DNA of 64,000 bases from Trichoplax adhaerens (lineage: Eukaryota > Animalia > Placozoa), in contig NW_002060944.1 in NCBI RefSeq assembly GCF_000150275.1, positions 5,803,102 to 5,867,101 of the forward strand, written 5' to 3'. Of the stretch, positions 1-38,200 are shown piece after piece (position 1 is the first letter of the stretch; the number at the start of each line of letters is the position of its first letter). Both the position numbers and the translations under genes were made by a program. The notes under the pieces are model-generated. The model worked only from the letters and a program-made list of their open reading frames with translations, made no database searches and was not told the origin of the DNA.

Positions 1-3000
1 TATAAATATTTTTAAGGCATAATAATTCTTCTTCGTTATTTGCATTATTTTGTCCAAAGTCTTCAACTTTATCGGGTAGTTTATTTCTGCAAATTCTCAA
101 AGTAGCTATAGCTTCACTATAGCGGCTTTCAACTAAACAGTTCCTGATTTCTTCCTTGGCAGCGCCACTAAATTAAAGAATGGCATGAGCACTCGTGTAA
201 TAGCTTCCTAGTTTTTACAACAGCACTATACGGTACGTCCACAATCAAATTCAGTTATCCAGATAAAGCTTACGGTAATTCAGAAATAGGCACACCATCC
301 AAGGCTGGAATGAATATTTCAAGATTCTCAAAAGTTGATAAGGTATGAGTGATCTCTTTCGATAGGTTTTCCCATTCAGCAGTCAACTGCTTAGAGGCTG
401 TATTAATAGAGAGGACAGAATATTAACACTATAATAGGTTGATGATAGGGAAAATTTTTCTACCGGAATCTTTCTTTGACTTCTTTTTCATTTTTCTTTT
501 TTTCTCCTGAGAATATGTGTGTTGTAATATGAGCAATATTATTAAAAATTTTATAAAATTTTTTTAGCCGCTTCCGGGCAAATAAACAAGGTATAAAAAG
601 CGAACATAACGAAATTGCATTACAATTCGAATATACCTTAACCATTACTTGACCATTTTTAGAGCATTGTTTTTCAATCATCTTTAAATATATATGAGTG
701 ACCGTAATAATTTCCATCAGATATGATCTGGGATAAAATAATCAAGATAAGTATTTAAATAATGGTGCCACGGTCTTCACTTCACCAATAGAGAAGTAAG
801 ATATACACGTAGCAAACATACCTCGTTTGCCTAGTTGGATCATATTTTGTTAGCAGCATAAGTGGTATCTCTCGGAATTCAGGCATATATAATATATTGC
901 CTAAAAATTTGAAGAGACACTATTATAGCACGTTTATAAAAAAATCAATCGCATTACTTTTTATTACTTTTTATAATTTTCGCATTCTCATTAAGACAAT
1001 GATCTTCAATTTGTTCCATAGCTATAACGTTAAGAAGCAACTCCTTGTAAGCACTGACGACATAGTGCATCCTGTTAGGAAGAGACGTAAATATTCATTA
1101 TGATATATACCAATATATATATATATATATTATTACACTTTAGCAACTGCTAAGTATGACATTCTTGTTATGCAATATGTAGTCTTACCGTCTAGCCCAT
1201 GGAATACTATCTTCCTTATTACTTATTAGCCCGTCATAGGCATTATAAATATTTTGGCAAGTAAAATGGAATATTGGCATTGATAACGTCTCACTAAGGT
1301 AAAAAAGGTAGATATAAGATTATCTTGGCCTATTTGCAACCTAAGGTGTTCTATATAACACAGAGCGTCAGATTGTCAACCTAATTAATGCCACTTGAAG
1401 TGATTTATGGCGATTAAATTCCATGAAAAACCTAAAATGTAACGATATTACGTTTCGGGATAAAATACCTATTTCAAACCTGATCAGAAATTGCTAAAAA
1501 AATCCTATAATAAATCCTACTTCATCATCTTAAAGTAATATGTTTCGTCATTTTGCTGGGATTTGTTATGCATCAATTTATTCTATTAAATTTAGTAGAA
1601 TATTAATGAAGAGTAGATGTGATATTAGATCCTAAAGTTCTTCTAATTCGAAAACAGACACAGAAGAACAAAAAATCATTCTACTTACACGAACGTTATT
1701 CATCAAGGAATTATAGCAATAATCCAAAAATTGAACGCAAAATGTTTTAAGGCTCAACCTATACAAATCCAGAAAATTTTTAAAGAAATTTATAATAAAG
1801 TGTGTAAATGTTTACCAAAAGCCTAAGGCTGGTTATAATACCTTATTACTAATGGTGATTCACGAACTCTCGCATGCTCCACGGCTGGAAGTTTCCTTTT
1901 AGGAACTCGAGGAATGCTCTTATTGCAATCAAATGACATCTTTTTGGCATCTATATCACAAATATGTTACTATGCATATGACATTGTCCTAGACATGTAG
2001 TTTTAATCTATTTTTCAAACTTTTAAGACTACAGTAAGAAATAGTATAGTAATGTACTGTACTTACTGGCTAACGGGCGATGATAAACTATATTATTTTC
2101 ACTGATCCCTTTCATATCTTTAACCCAGAAACTTCCACCAAATCGTGAATGTCTGCGAAAGAATAAGATAATTTTTGAATTTGAGAGATAGAGCTACGTC
2201 GTGAATAATTCGCTTATCTTCACACCTTCCAGATATGTTATATTCACTCCTTCTTCTTTCCGCTTCTGCCACATCCTTGGCTACTTTTAGCTGTCTAAAT
2301 TTCAGGCGTAAAATTTGATTAATCACAACATGACAGAAATTTACCCTGAAAGCTTTAAAGAACCTCGATCCAGCTTTCTTTTCCGTTTTAGTATCCTCTG
2401 TCCGCGCTAATAGCGCTCCTGACTGTTAAATAGATAATTGTTAAGTATATATTAGCAGATCCCCAAACAAAACTATTTACATGGCACCAATCTATAAATA
2501 ATCGATTAATTCTAAATAGCATTGAATATCAAATCTTTGTAATGTTAATAATTAATGGAAGGATTAATGGTAAGGTTGTCTTTCAAATACTAACAGACAG
2601 CATTGTTATATAGTAATAAATATCCGCAATACAATTATACCGTACCTTATCTCGCAACATCAGAGAGATCATTTCCAGAACATGTAAAGTCCACATAGTC
2701 TAAGGACAGTGGTATTATTACCTAAAATTAGTATCTGATTATCGCTAACTGGGATTCGTTTATAATGCGTTTTAGGCTTACTTCGTGTGGAGAACTCGCT
2801 ATGTAAATAAGTAAATCGTTCATTCCACTGGAATGCATTTGCCTAGGATATGGACACGTAGCAAACAGTTAATTAAACTGTATATCATAGTAAAAATTTA
2901 TACAAACGTCTTAATACCATAATAACTGATCGTGAAGGCTGGCATCGCTGTTAGTGGCCTAATTTTACAATTCAAAAAGAATCGACCATCAAAATACGCA

Positions 3001-5930
3001 CATTTTATGTACCACCTTTTGAATCTAACATAAGTAACGCTGGTAACGTAATCTCCCTTCAGGGACTATTCACATCATTATTACATTTTCTTGGTTATCA
3101 TCTTGCGGAACATGTAAGAGATTTCTTATAAGCAACAGCAATCTTTCCATAAACAGCAAATCGTCATCGTCGCGGTCATCGACAGGCTGTAAAATTTGAT
3201 CAATCGCTCATTATTAAAAATTTTAGAGATAACATATAATGAATGATGCCGTATATAGTCCATCTATGATCACAACACTAGGTTCAAATAAGACGCGACA
3301 CTGCACAAACTTTCTACGTAAGTAGTTAATAAATAAGCCAAAGCTATATATCTTACGATTTGCAAGGTTTTACCAAGTTGCTGGGTCAGGATAGCCCATA
3401 AATCGGAATCATTAAAAGCCTAATATTGAGTTAAGAAAATAATTCTTTTACACTTACAGCTACCAATTGTTATTCAAGTCAACATATACACTTTAAAGGT
3501 CAGTTGTATAAATCAATCGTAGAAGTTTTAAGTCAATGATAATGAGCATAAGGTAAGTACATTGTCTGCTAGATTTTAGCCACATAGGGGTAGTTCAAGA
3601 CGTTAAAGGTAATCATGTTTACACGCCGCTACTGCTATTACAGTTCTAGCATTAGCTGCCAGCTCCGCTAATAACCACTAGATGCAATGAAGATCGTGAG
3701 TGAACCCTTTACTGTACCTGTTTGTAGGCATGAAGGTATTTCTCAATTTCAAGCCAATACCTAGATTGATTTTGATCCTTTTTTGGTATTTTTCCATCAA
3801 AACAGACTATGGCAGGTTGAGTTAAGTTGACCATTAACCTATTATCATTTAAAGATAAGCGATAACGTTTGTTTAAATCCGATATAGCGACCTCATATAT
3901 ACAATAAAATGTAGTCAATACTAGACAGATCAAAATATTGTATAGGATACGATTATTTTCTATTATATCATATTAAAAATATAGTTATAGATTTTCTAAA
4001 CTATTTCGACAGAGATCAAGTTTATCCGTAGTAGAAATATTTTATAGAGGACCGACCTAATAGTTAGGGATAAAAGTTCTGCATCTTTCCAGTGGCATTT
4101 AATAATTGGAATTAAATCCTAAACATCATGAATAAATTTATAACATTGGTTATCCATATTGGACTTTAAAATAAAATAATTTGACTAATGAAGTCGATAT
4201 ATACATTGCATAGAAGAATCTAAGAATTTTCTTTACTTACATTTTTGATGATAAACGATTTACCAAGCTGTCGTCGGACAACTTGATTATCATCATCTCG
4301 TCGTAAGAAACGGATTAAATCTTTAATTGTCACTATAAAAATCGAAATTAAGAATAGTTATTAAAAGGCTTAATTTGCAATATATCGTAGGTAAGGCAGT
4401 TTCTAAATACGAGTAAATCATTCCAAATTGAAATCAAAGTTCCTTCAGTTCAGAGGTAGTTATTCCAAGCATAGGTAGAAGAGATTTAATTCATAAAATT
4501 TTCATAGTTCTCTAACGTAAATGGCTCTTTAATGAATTTTTACATTGTTAACCGTTACCCATTCTAGCTGGCTTGAAAGTATAGAAGAATCGATAGCTAT
4601 ATAGTACAGTAGACCGTATATACCAAGAGTGATATATATTCAACGTAAACGTCAATGATGAAATACGTGTAAGTAGTACGAAGGAGATAAAGTAAATTTT
4701 ACAGTTGAAATTTACTTCCTTTTCACTTAGTAATGGGTTACTGTAAGGATAGAAGGAATTTTATTCCATGAAATTTGATACTTGTGTATGCAATTGACAT
4801 TTATAGGCCTCGATATCATCGAAGGAGAAAAGGATAAATGTAGAAATGTATATATTCAGTGAATTACCGCGGTTAACCGTAAGATTTATTTACTCCTAAC
4901 TGCTACGAAAAGTACAGTACCTACCAGTACAGAGAAATCAATATTACAGTCTATTAACTTAATCAAGATTGATATTCAAAGTCGATCTCAGAAACGCAAA
5001 TGAACTGCCTAGAGGGAAATCAAGTGAATTTTATACCCAGACTTTCATTTCTTTCATCAAGAAATACAGTAGGTTAATGTAGGCATTGAAGGGATTGAAT
5101 TTAATCCAATTTTATCATTGCACATCATTGATACTTTTAATCCTATTAAAGTCGTTGACTTTGTGGAACATTCTAGCCGACTTGAAAGTGGTACAAGGAC
5201 ATTGATAGAAGAGTACCCTTACCAAGGCTGATATCCCATGTACGTGTACATCCATCTAAGACCTCGGTAGAATACAAGGTCATTCGTTTCATTTCTACGA
5301 TTTAATGCTGTATGAATCTCAGTGAATGATATGTTTATTTTGTAACAGAAAGTCTCTACCACACCATTCTAGCAAGGAAATTCTAAAAGTATTTGCAAAT
5401 AGGATATCGATCGTTGAAGTAATGACCGTTCTTGGCCTGTATAATGCAGTTTTACAGTATGCAAGTGAATTTTACAGCCGGATAAGACCTAACTGACCCA
5501 ATTTGTCGACGCTCTCATCACCCTACACTATCAATCAATCAATCAATGCATCAAAATGACAACGTATCCTTGACAACTTGTGTTACAGAAAGTCTCTACC
5601 ACGCCATTCTAGCAAGGAAATTCTAAAAATGTTTGCAAATAGGATATCGATCGTTGAAGTAATGACCGTTCTTGGCCTGTATAACGCAGTTTTACAGTAT
5701 GCAAGTGAATTTTACAGCCGGATAGGACCTAACTGACCCAATTCATCATCGCTCTCATCACCCTACACTACCAATCAATCAATCAATGCATCAAAATAAC
5801 GACGTTTCATTGACAACTTACAAATGCAATCTTTATCCAAGACATATTGGTCGTCTTCACAATAGCCAATATAACTTATAGTGGCAACTAACTCGTTATT
5901 AATCCCGTCAATGGCAAGGGATGCATCCAT
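1..5930 (-). CDS. TIMELESS: Timeless (timeless-2/timeout type, replication-fork protection complex subunit); multi-exon, 3' part beyond left edge of window
   Basis: Hand-spliced exons match the TIMELESS N-terminal domain: 5822-5930 MDASLAIDGINNELVATISYIGYCEDDQYVLDKDCI; 4241-4332 LTIKDLIRFLRRDDDNQVVRRQLGKSFIIKN; ~4057-4118 DLIPIIKCHWKDAELLSLTIR; ~3718-3838 LMVNLTQPAIVCFDGKIPKK...YLHAYKQ; ~2065-2152 RHSRFGGSFWVKDMKGI; ~637-728 SYLMEIITVTHIYLKMIEKQC; ~464-507 basic EKKRKMKKKSKK; 1-167 IRNCLVESRYSEAIATLR...EEELLCLKNIY. Borders checked are GT-AG with consistent phases. Confidence 0.95.
5345..5820. repeat. Direct tandem duplication, 2 x 240 bp, in timeless intron 1
   Basis: 'cagaaagtctctaccac(a/g)ccattctagcaaggaaattct...' starts at 5346 and at 5586. 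Both copies end 'tgacaactt' (5579, 5819) and differ by only a few substitutions. Confidence 0.95.
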
Positions 5931-5951
5931 ATCCAGACAATTTGGAGTTGG

Positions 5952-6125
5952 TACAAGATTAGGCCTTACTCTTTGCTTCTACTCAAGCCGTATAGATCCA
6001 ATGTTCAAGATTAAAATCCTGCAGGAAATACGCGTACAACTAGTTTTACAAGATAGGCCCTACTCTTGCCTACTACTTAAGTCGGATTGATTTAATGTTC
6101 AAGATTAAAATCCAGAAGGAAACAG
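5952..6125. repeat. Diverged 2 x ~95 bp tandem duplication in timeless 5' region
   Basis: 'tacaagat(t)aggcc..tactctt...aatgttcaagattaaaatcc' occurs at ~5952-6030 and ~6047-6125. Confidence 0.8.
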
Positions 6126-6301
6126 TTGGAAATAATTAGTAAAGGACTGCAGGAAATTTTCACTAATGGCAATTTTCTTTGGATGTGGCGGTGGAATCCT
6201 GGCCAGTGACGATTGAATTCACTGAAGAGGTCGATCGAAATAGGCTGAAACTACCGTGGGTGAAGCTTTATACGCTTCCAATAAGATGATAGCATTCGAT
6301 C

Positions 6302-6312
6302 TTCCCGCCAAA
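6302..6312 (-). promoter_or_regulatory. E2F-type binding site (TTTGGCGGGAA) in the GC-richer timeless promoter region
   Basis: Plus strand TTCCCGCCAAA is the reverse complement of TTTGGCGGGAA. It lies ~370 bp upstream of the ATG in a CpG-containing patch (6180-6540) of a DNA-replication gene. Confidence 0.6.
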
Positions 6313-6519
6313 TATTTGCGCGTGCGTCTTGATCTGAAGCAAAGGAGCGTTCAGTGCCAAGAAAAGGCCACTTACAGTGCTACAGTACATGGTAGACTGT
6401 ACTGTACACTGTACACCTGAAGTGGGACAGCGGACACCGGACTTGGATGATCGGAAACATAATTAATAAAGAACACGACATGGCGCTATGGCTAGAGCTA
6501 TCGCGCTTAATAAATGGCG

Positions 6520-7560
6520 GATTTCCGTCATCGCAGACATTTATAGTATTCATACACCTAGATGTGATGTATTAAAGGTCTGCCTCAAAAATTAAAAGTC
6601 GATTTAAATCGGTAAATGAATATATCGTAGCCATTAAAATCATGAAGTGATGCATGTTATTCATGAAAAATATTATCTCTGTTGAAGGTGATTTTCATAC
6701 AGTTATCCAAAAAAATATAGGTGATTCTGATTTTATCGTAGTCGCGTGTAATGAAGGCTAGGGGTTTCCATTATCCCAGACATTTGTAATATTCATCCAC
6801 TTAGGTGTGTTAAAGGTTTACTTCAAAATTAAAATCGATTCAAATCGGTGAATGAGAATATCGTAATCATTAAAATCATGAAATGTTAAACAGCATGTTA
6901 TCCATGAAATGCATATCTCATCCTTATTAAAAGGTGATTTCCGACATTTGTAATATTCATCCACCTAGATGTATCTAAGGTTCGCTTCAAAAATCAAAGT
7001 CGATTCAAATCGGTGAACGAGTATATCGTAACTATTAAAATCATGAAATCATACATGTCATTCATGAAATATCCCATCTCTATTAATATAGTTAAAAATG
7101 ATTCTGCCTTTAATCGTCCATACAGAAGGATGGGGGTTTCCGTCATCGCAAAATTGGCAGTATTCATACACCTAAAGGAGTAAGTACATCATGCTCATTA
7201 AATCATGAAATGATGCACGTCATTCATGAAATATCCCATCTCTCTATTAAAAGGGATTCTGTCTTTGGTTACGTGTAATGAAGGATGGGGATTTCCATCA
7301 TCGCAAAAATTTAAAGTAGTCGTATACCTAGATGAGTACTCGTATATCGTACCCGTTAAAATCATAGAATAAGGTATGCTATTTATTAAATACCAATATC
7401 TCATCACTAAAGGCGATTCTATCTTAGATAAATAATGAGTTTCCATCGTCGCAGACATTTGTAGTATTCATGCACCTGAATGAACATATAATAGCCATTA
7501 AATTCATCAAATGACGCATATTATTGTTTTATTCAATATTCCATTTCTAAAGGCGATACT
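6520..7560. repeat. Diverged tandem array, ~6 units of 150-245 bp
   Basis: Recurring blocks 'tttcc(g/a)tcatcgcagacattt...attcat(a/c)cacctag', 'gtcgatt(t/c)aaatcggt' and 'attaaaatcatgaa...ttcatgaaatatc' with unit starts near 6521, 6766, 6938, 7137, 7291 and 7440. Confidence 0.9.
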
Positions 7561-7943
7561 ATTTTAGAATTGTTATTGGCAAATAAGCCCTAATAAATAT
7601 TGTTCGGTATAGATTAGCATCTACAGTAGATATTTCACTACAGATTAAACGCCAGGAAATAAATATAATGAGCTAGTGTACGAAGATGAATTAAAATGTT
7701 GATTTAATTGCGCTGTTGATATAATTTAATCCCAGTAATCAACGCGAAATTATTATCTAATCATATACGCGTACATCTACTCGTATGCGTATACCGATCA
7801 CTTTTCATCAACTTCCCTTCTTTAATTCATTTTATTTACTATTATATACCACACAACTAAACACAAGTTTCTCTTTAGTACATTGAGGCTAACCGGAATG
7901 ACTACAGCATTTTCTTGTTATAATTTATTAGCTGTTGTGTAAG

Positions 7944-8010
7944 TTGCAGTTGAAGTAGCTTCATAACATAACACAAGTTGTGTTGTGTTATGAAGCTACT
8001 TCAACTGCAA
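7944..8010. repeat. Near-perfect 67-bp palindrome / hairpin (33-bp arms)
   Basis: TTGCAGTTGAAGTAGCTTCATAACATAACACAA-G-TTGTGTTGTGTTATGAAGCTACTTCAACTGCAA. The arms are complementary at 32/33 positions; the single exception is T:G. Confidence 0.95.
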
Positions 8011-9380
8011 AACCTGTTACTGTATTTCCATCGACTTAGAACGACTAATGTGCTGATACTATGATAGATTTAAACCTCTTGCAATCGTACTTAGAGCAAG
8101 TACAATCACCAGAAAAATGATTCTAACTGTACAATATACTAAACTACTTGAGTCATATTTTTTGCTCCTTGTAGTATTCTTATACATATACTGTACAGTA
8201 CTTTACTGGATATTTTGATCCACATTTATAGTAGCCTGTGACTTTTTAACTTTATTCCTTTACTAACTGGTATTCAATTACTACATCAGTGTAATCACTA
8301 AGTTATCGCGGAAAATTTTTTTGGCTATTCCTTAACATTTTTTTAATTTTTCAAAATTTCTAGCAGATATTAATACCAGTCACTGCTGTACTTGTAGAAC
8401 AGGAACAGATTTTAACCTCCAACAATTGTTGTCATTTAAACGCTTACTACAAGGTTATACTACAGGTAGTAAGTATATGCTTATAAGAAAAATAAAGAAC
8501 TGTTCTTTTAGGACTACAAGTTTGTTTTGTAGCTTAAAAACTAATCTACATTCATTCATAGTCATTCATGCGCACTCCTGCATAAAGATAGACTTGCATA
8601 TTTATTCAGTATTCTTATCTTGATACATACAGTTAAGAATAGGAAATGTATTAAATTATAAATTACTATCCTGTCCGAATAGCCTAGATAGAGATACATA
8701 TTGAACGTAATACAGATATAAAATTGACCAAACGAAACAATTAATAGACCACAGTAACACGAAGAAAGAACAGGTAGAGAAAAAAGCAAGAAAGAAAAAG
8801 TAATCTTGGGGTATCTCAAACATGGTGAACACATCGACGCCACAAACAAAATACGAAAGATATAAATATATTGCAATCACTTCGACGACCAATAAACATG
8901 GCGTTCCGGTAACTGCGATATGCAGTATTGCAAGCTTACGAAATGCGTCTATAATATACATCCACACGCATATCGGTTAAACATACGAGTATATAAATAA
9001 ATGCAAAAAAGTCTAATGTAATTTGCAATACTGTTGATAGTGTTAGAATGAGATATAATAAATTCCACATTACTGCGCGTATTACCAAATAAAATGCATA
9101 TTCAGATGAATGAATTTGTGTTAAAATCATCCTGAATAGATTATATTATTATTATCATTCAATACCACTTGACGCAGCTTAAAATAACTAAAAAAAGAGC
9201 CTAAATGAATAATATCATGATTATTTAGGATATAGAATTAAAATAATAATGATAATAAACAAGCAATTGATTAGAATGCTATGGTCAGTCATGGATATTG
9301 GCTATTCTAGATATCATGTAAGTTGTTTATTCTGGGACAAGGATAAGATTGAAATATTGAATACCAGCAAAAACATCTAT

Positions 9381-9390
9381 TTTATTTTAT

Positions 9391-9391
<1 letters not shown>
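9381..9391 (-). terminator. Two overlapping AATAAA polyadenylation signals at the cubilin stop codon
   Basis: The minus strand reads TGA-ATAAAATAAAATAG, giving AATAAA at 9391-9386 and 9386-9381. Confidence 0.5.
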
Positions 9392-35000
<25,609 letters not shown>

Positions 35001-35079
35001 GATGGCTTTAATTCTTGATTTACGTAATAAAAATTAAAATTTTTATCCTGTAGACCAAAAATATCAATCTTGGGAGAGA

Positions 35080-35210
35080 AAAGCAAAGTACGTTGTTTGC
35101 AGACGCGAGATGTCGACTAGACGGTCGAGTAGGGCTAATATTTGCATATACCCCATGCAACAATAAAAATGGGTGTGCTATCACGTCCCGGGTGTCGACT
35201 TGAGAAGAAA
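35080..35210 (-). promoter_or_regulatory. Putative cubilin proximal promoter (CpG-containing patch with octamer ATTTGCAT at 35140-35147)
   Basis: Local GC/CpG enrichment 80-210 bp upstream of the cubilin ATG, containing a perfect POU octamer. Function is inferred. Confidence 0.35.
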
Positions 35211-38200
35211 AATCCTCTCAAACAAAAGATGTTGTTGCTTTCTTGTTAATAATATAATGCATAAGATTTTATGCTAAGGGCTAAAAGCCAATAACTCCGG
35301 TATACTGTAGTGCAGTCTGTATGTGCCATGTGATCCTGACTATCATGACGGATTATTTAATACCAGTTGATACTATTCTCTATTTTGTCTGTTTTAGATA
35401 ACGCTTCCGCATCGATCTTATCTATCATTTATCTAACTAACCCCTGCAGGCATTGTTTCATCTATTGTTTCAAATTGTCTGACTTGATCAAAGGCATGTT
35501 AATCTTGATTGTTAAGAACGACAGGGCTGGCAGTCAATCAATACCGCCAAATTGTTTATCAATCTGGCAGTCGATGATTACTTGATTACCTCAACGGCTC
35601 AACCATTTGAATCAATGAATGATGATGGATGGCCTAATGGGTACAGTAGTTAACTTGCTATGTAAAGCTGCCGTCTATTAGTACACTAGAACAATTCTAC
35701 ATCCTTGGCTCCAACACGTTGGAAAGAATCAATGAATAGATTAAAATAAAGAAGATGAATAACAATATCTACATCATGCCGTACAATATGTTGTTACTTG
35801 CTACTTGCAAACTGCTGATAGAAAGAGTTCGTCTTATTATTATTTATTTAATATTAGCCTTTGGCAGAAAGTTAGGTTCATGACGCTACTCCAATGAATA
35901 GCAAAATTCCCTACACTAATAATGCTTTTAACCTCGATAACTCGCTAATCCATTGCTATTAATTAATTGCCAATGTCCTATAAATGGACTTGGATAAAGG
36001 GTTAATTAACATAATATGGCGCAAATTTGCATTCAATTGGTAAAGTAAAATACTGCTGTATATCCTCGTTCGAATGGATATGGTATACAAGCTTTCACAA
36101 TGTTTATCAAACTGTCAATGTAAATAATCATAGAAAGATTTCAAGTTATCCTCGCAGTTTTCACTTGGTAATGAGAATTGACAATAATTTATTAACTCTA
36201 CAGTATACTAGTCTATAGTCTCGATAATATAAATTCGCCGAAGGATCCCATTACTGATGTGAATTTTCGCTTACACGAGTACGCGTAAAATGGCATCCCA
36301 GTCGATTACCGGGAATGAGTGCAGACTGCAAAGCGGTTGGTACAGATCAGACAGTTTTGCATTTTTTCATTATCAACATGATTCCTCAGCAAGATCGTCA
36401 ACTTCACCCTACATATTCAACAATTTACTAACAGTAAATAGGTTATAAGTTTGGTCAGTACCAACAGTAAATATGCTATAAGTTATAAAGTGATCAATAT
36501 TACATGTGTTCTACTTTCACTCATGGCGCGGAATAAATAAATAAAATTAAAATTGACCGAACGTTGCAAAAGGTATCAATAGAATTACAGCAAGTTATTC
36601 CCGCGTTTAATCTAAATAGCATTCATCTACTGTCGATTCCAATTACAATAATGCGCACGTAAAAATAGACTATGTTCGAAAAGAATAATGTTGTATCGCG
36701 GTTACTATTTCGATTGTCCAAGGTAGCCAATAAATATAAGTAATATACTTGTCCTTGATGTATATTACTTCAGGCCTAGAATGGTTGTATCAAGTAAGTG
36801 TATAATGTGTATATAAAACATTACCGATAGTTAGTTCAATAAGCAAGGCAACAGCTTGCTACTTGCTAGTACAATAATACTCTGCAAATTTAATTATCAA
36901 GGTTGATTCAAGCAGTTCAGTTCGATGTACTGGCTAATCAATGATGAAGCATCCAATAATTTATCTACTTTCTGTTACCCCACAATCGGCAGAGTATTAT
37001 TAACTCAAACTAGCTATTAAACTATTCCCTAAAACTTTCAATAGATAAGCCAGGTAAAGAATCTATTAACCTATTATTATATTTTCTCTTTAGCATAAAA
37101 CAAAATTAAAATCCCGCCACCCCTTAGGATTTGATGATCCCTTTGTCATCTTATCCTGCTCTTACTTCAATTCGTAAACTATGAAACAATAATGTGGACA
37201 CCCTATTGTTAATTTCATATTTTCGGTGGTTTCTAAGGGTTCAGCATTTTGCAAAGATTAATCCCAAGCTATTGCAGTACATTAAGTGAATAACCTCATC
37301 TCGATATGTCGTATTATATTCATATTTCGTAAATTTCGAAGTAGGGAAAGTAGTAACGATGCTTTTTTTTTTAACTAAATTAAAGGCAGTCATAAAACTA
37401 ATAAAGAGTATTACCCTTATAACTGCAGGTAGCTCTGCGGGATGATAAATCTTTGTTAATTTGAGAATAATTTTATACATCATTGGATAAATAGGGTAAG
37501 ACATTAATTAATTATTTAATTAAAATTGTCAAGGCTAATAATATAAATCCAATACACGGTAACTAACAAAATTATCAATTATTACAATCTTTTACTCAAC
37601 ACTACTTGATATTGCTCGTAAACTTAGATAATAACGGTCCAGTTTAAATTAGCACTTATGAAAACGTAGAATCGCTATTTAATTTTTTGTTAGATTAACC
37701 ACTCATGGAATGTAAATATCAGCTAATACAGAAAGCAAACTTGAAAGGCCTACATTTTAAATATTTAACAAAGTAATCTTCACCTCAGCACTCCATGATA
37801 AAGTTCTCACTTAAGAATCGATTTCTAATACAATATTAGAAAACATTAGCGTAGCACAGTATAGTATGTAGATGGCTGTATGATTGCCAAGTTATCATTA
37901 TTATCTTATTGATGTTGATTTATGAAATATCTTCTACATCCCTACAGTTCACACATAAGTTTATCATACGTATATAAATATTTGCTAACCCAGTCATTCC
38001 GACATTCTTACATTATTGGTAATTAATACAATTAATGGATGCATGCCCTGTAAATCACATCCTAAATGTGGTACTCTCAAACTACTGTAATTATAATTCA
38101 TCGAAAAGTAGAAGAGTACAGTACCTCCATTGCAATCTGTTTTAGTTCTATAACTCTTGTACTTCATGCTAAAGCAATCAGTACCGATAATTTTTGATTT

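Noticed and set aside
460-717. ORF-track protein as one continuous exon
   Set aside because: It reads through an intron (donor ~636, acceptor ~508). The true downstream frame is EKKRKMKKKSKK.
1579-1602. Short AT-rich palindrome TATTCTATTAAATTTAGTAGAATA and (TA)n runs (~1113, ~43279, ~51297)
   Set aside because: These are expected by chance or slippage in AT-rich DNA.
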